Source: Eledone cirrhosa
Lineage: Eukaryota
Length of the DNA stretch: 64,000 nucleotides
Direction: 5' to 3'
Assembly: GCA_964016885.1 (NCBI GenBank)
Contig: CAXHJY010000082.1
Span: 146,783-210,782 of the forward strand
The notes below the pieces were generated by a model, which ran no database searches, was not told the origin of the DNA, and saw nothing but the letters and a program-made list of their open reading frames with translations. Shown in pieces: positions 60,201-64,000 of the stretch. Position 1 is the first letter of the stretch. Each line of letters begins with the position of its first letter. Both the position numbers and the translations under genes were made by a program.

Positions 60201-63200
60201 GACTATGGTGATGATGACTCTGACGATGATGACTCTGGTGATGATGACTATGGTGATGATGACTATGCTGATGATGACTATGGTGATGATGACAATGGTG
60301 ATGATGACTCTGGTGATGATGACTATGGTGATGATGACTATGGTGATGATGACTCTGGTGATGATGATTCTGACGATGATGACTATGGTGATGACGACTA
60401 TGGTGATGATGACTATGGTGATGATGACTCTGGTGATGATGACTATGGTGATGATGACTCTGGTGATGATGACTCTGGTGATGATGACTATGGTGATGAT
60501 GACTATGGTGATGATGACTATGGTGATGATGACTATGGTGATGATGACTATGGTGATGATGACTTTGACGATGATGACTATGGTGATGATGACTATGGTG
60601 ATCATGACTATGGTGATGATGACTATGGTGATGATGACTCTGACGATGATGACTATGGTGATGATGACTATGGTGATGATGACTATGGTGATGATGACTC
60701 TGGTGATGATGACTATAGTGATGATGACTCTGACGATGATGACTATGGTGATGATGACTATGGTGATGATGACTCTGGTGATGATGACTCTGGTGATGAT
60801 GACTCTGACGATGATGACTATGGTGATGATGACTATGGTGATGATGACTATGGTGATGATGACTATGGTGATGATGACTATGGTGATGATGACTCTGGTG
60901 ATGATGACTATGGTGATGATGACTATGGTGATGATGACTCTGGTGATGATGACTCTGGTGATGATGACTCTGGTGATGATGACTCTGGTGATGATGACTC
61001 TGACGATGATGACTATGGTGATGATGACTCTGACGATGATGACTATGGTGATGATGACTTTGACGATGATGACTCTGGTGATGATGACTATGGTGATGAT
61101 GACTATGGTGATGATGACTATGGTGATCATGACTATGGTGATGATGACTATGGTGATGATGACTATGGTGATGATGACTATGGTGATGATAACTCTGGTG
61201 ATGATAACTATGGTGATGATGACTATGGTGATGATGACTATGGTAATGATGACTATGGTGATGATGACTATGGTGATGATGACTCTGGTGATGATGACTA
61301 TGGTGATGATGACTCTGGTGATGATGACTATGGTGATGATGACTCTGACGATGATGACTATGATGATGATGACTATGGTGATGATGACTATGGTGATGAT
61401 GACTATGGTGATGATGACTCTGGTGATGATGACTATGGTGATGATGACTATGGTGATGATGACTCTGGTGATGATGACTCTGGTGATGATGACTATGGTG
61501 ATGATGACTATGGTGATGATGACTATGGTGATGATGACTATGGTGATGATGACTATGGTGATGATGACTATGGTGATGATGACTATGTTGATGATGACTC
61601 TGACGATGATGACTATGGTGATGATGACTATGGTGATGATGACTATGGTGATGATGACTATGGTGATGATGACTCTGGTGATGATGACTATGGTGATGAT
61701 AACTATGGTGATGATGACTATGGTGATGATGACTCTGACGATGATGACTATGGTGATGATGACTATGGTGATGATGACTCTGGTGATGATGACTCTGACG
61801 ATGATGACTATGGTGATGATGACTCTGATGATGATGACTATGGTGATGATGACTATGGTGATGATGACTATGGTGATGATGACTATGGTGATGATAACTA
61901 TGGTGATGATGACTATGGTGATGATGACTATGGTTATGATGACTCTGGTGATGATGACTATGGTGATGATGACTCTGGTGATGATGACTATGGTGATGAT
62001 GACTATGGTGATGATGACTATGGTGATCATGACTATGGTGATGATGACTATGGTGATGATGACTATGGTGATGATGACTATGGTGATGATGACTATGGTG
62101 ATGATGACTCTGGTGATGATGACTATGGTGATGATGACTATGGTGATGATGACTATGGTAATGATGACTATGGTGATGATGACTATGGTGATGATGACTC
62201 TGGTGATGATGACTATGGTGATGATGACTCTGGTGATGATGACTATGGTGATGATGACTCTGACGATGATGACTATGATGATGATGACTATGGTGATGAT
62301 GACTATGGTGATGATGACTATGGTGATGATGACTCTGGTGATGATGACTATGGTGATGATGACTATGGTGATGATGACTCTGGTGATGATGACTCTGGTG
62401 ATGATGACTATGGTGATGATGACTATGGTGATGATGACTATGGTGATGATGACTATGGTGATGATGACTATGGTGATGATGACTATGGTGATGATGACTA
62501 TGGTGATGATGACTCTGACGATGATGACTATGGTGATGATGACTATGGTGATGATGACTATGGTGATGATGACTATGGTGATGATGACTCTGGTGATGAT
62601 GACTATGGTGATGATGAACTATGGTGATGATGACTATGGTGATGATGACTCTGACGATGATGACTATGGTGATGATGACTATGGTGATGATGACTCTGGT
62701 GATGATGACTCTGACGATGATGACTATGGTGATGATGACTCTGATGATGATGACTATGGTGATGATGACTATGGTGATGATGACTATGGTGATGATGACT
62801 ATGGTGATGATAACTATGGTGATGATGACTATGGTGATGATGACTCTGACGATGATGACTATGGTGATGATGACTATGGTGATGATGACTATGGTGATGA
62901 TGACTGTGGTGATGATGACTCTGACGATGATGACTATGGTGATGATGACTCTGGTGATGATGACTCTGACGATGATGACTATGGTGATGATGACTATGGT
63001 GATGATGACTATGGTGATGATGACTATGGTGATGATGACTATGGTGATGATAACTATGGTGATGATGACTATGGTGATGATGACTCTGACGATGATGACT
63101 ATGGTGATGATGACTATGGTGATGATGACTATGGTGATGATGACTATGGTGATGATGACTCTGACGATGATGACTATGGTGATGATGAACTATGGTGATG

Positions 63201-64000
63201 ATGACTATGGTGATGATGACTCTGACGATGATGACTATGGTGATGATGACTCTGACGATGATGACTATGGTGATGATGACTATGGTGATGATGACTCTGA
63301 CGATGATGACTATGGTGATGATGACTCTGGTGATGATGACTATGGGATGATGACTATGGTGATGATGACTATAGTGATGATGACTCTGACGATGATGACT
63401 ATGGTGATGATGACTATGGTGATGATGACTATGGTGATGATGACTATGGTGATGATGACTCTGGTGATGATGACTCTGGTGATGATGACTATGGTGATGA
63501 TGACTATGGTGATGATGACTATGGTGATGATGACTATGGTGATGATGACTATGGTGATGATGACTCTGGTGATGATGACTATGGTGATGATGACTATGGT
63601 GATGATGACTATGGTGATGATGACTATGGTGATGATGACTATGGTGATGATGACTATGGTGATGATGACTCTGGTGATGATGACTATGGTGATGATGACT
63701 ATGGTGATGATGACTATGGTGATGATGACTCTGGTGATGATGACTATGGTGATGATGACTCTGGTGATGATGACTATGGTGATGATGACTCTGACGATGA
63801 TGACTATAGTGATGATGACTATGGTGATGATGACTATGGTGATGATGACTATGGTGATGATGACTATGGTGATGATGACTTTGACGATGATGACTATGGT
63901 GATGATAACTATGGTGATGTTGACTATGGTGATGATGACTCTGACGATGATGACTATGGTGATGATGACTCTGACGATGATGACTATGGTGATGATGACT
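50600..64000. repeat. Higher-order repeat domain C (about 6.13 kb period); left boundary approximate
   Basis: AACTCT-GGTGATGAT-AAC at 55057/61191, GACTGTGGT at 56769/62905 and GATGTTGAC at 57783/63919, giving offsets of 6,134-6,136 bp (409 units plus or minus indels). Confidence 0.88.
51250..53700. other. Indel-dense segment, probable low-quality consensus
   Basis: About 15 phase breaks in 2.4 kb, mostly GG>G losses (TATGTGAT near 51735, 52866, 53060, 53463, 53580, 53595 and 53683), against only 3 in the preceding 51 kb. Confidence 0.75.

Larger units (their letters stand above)
1..64000. repeat. Giant 15-bp tandem repeat array (minisatellite/satellite), consensus GGTGATGATGACTAT, about 4,270 units, open at both window edges
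   Basis: Seen directly: every line consists of this unit or its variants, mainly GGTGATGATGACTCT and units starting GAC after TCT. The 15-bp phase is unbroken over 1-18521, 18523-25584, 25586-43402 and 43404-51256. The + strand consensus has 5 G, 5 T, 4 A and 1 C. Confidence 0.99.

Noticed and set aside
17953-62030. Minus-strand (IVIIT)n and (SHHHH)n ORFs
   Set aside because: These are the reverse complement of the same unit and are open by construction. Their starts and stops are set by sporadic variants (CAT, CTAG) and show no gene-like features.
1-63198. Giant (MVMMT)n ORFs on the + strand in the ORF track
   Set aside because: These are an alternative frame of the repeat. The codons ATG/GTG/ACT cannot become stops by a single substitution, so thousands of open codons are expected, and a poly-Met/Val/Thr product is implausible.
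1-64000. CRISPR array
   Set aside because: The units are directly adjacent with no unique spacers, and there is no leader or cas gene.
1-64000. Telomerase-synthesised telomeric tract (G/T-rich strand skew)
   Set aside because: I do not recognise the unit as a telomere repeat, and rare variants recur in kb-scale duplicated blocks, which indicates recombinational amplification rather than templated addition. A subtelomeric location is not excluded.
1-64000. Assigning a gene name (aspein, DSPP, starmaker, SdrD-type SD repeat)
   Set aside because: The similarity is compositional only. No signal peptide, unique domain or anchor motif is present in the window.
1-64000. Whole array as a pure sequencing artefact or synthetic concatemer
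   Set aside because: Ordered, hierarchically shared point variants with diverged copies indicate an evolutionary history, although the exact copy number could be mis-assembled.
1-64000. Inverted repeats, hairpins, terminators, tRNA/rRNA or embedded transposon fragments
   Set aside because: All units are in one orientation, the strand is C-poor with little self-complementarity, and I saw no non-repeat sequence anywhere.

Overview
The whole 64 kb window is one uninterrupted tandem array of about 4,270 copies of a 15-bp unit, consensus GGTGATGATGACTAT. There is no unique sequence, and the array runs off both ends. Three unit types dominate: ...TAT GGT, ...TCT GGT and ...TCT GAC. In one + frame the array reads as (G/D)-DDD-(Y/S), about 60% Asp, similar in composition to acidic biomineralization proteins such as Aspein. 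However, four of the six frames of the consensus are stop-free by construction, so the huge ORFs are not evidence of coding. Rare point variants reveal nested higher-order repeats (about 1.3, 1.7, 4.7, 6.1, 7.1 and 9.3 kb) and three sub-domains. The same 2-bp deletion (a 13-bp unit) recurs at 18522, 25585 and 43403 inside a duplicated cassette. Each copy ends the Asp frame with W-stop and joins the Met-rich frame to the next Asp block. From about 51.2 kb the sequence carries many singleton indels that look like long-read or assembly noise. No RNA genes, CRISPR arrays, mobile elements or recognisable protein domains are supported. The organism, and whether the array is coding or satellite DNA, cannot be decided from this window.
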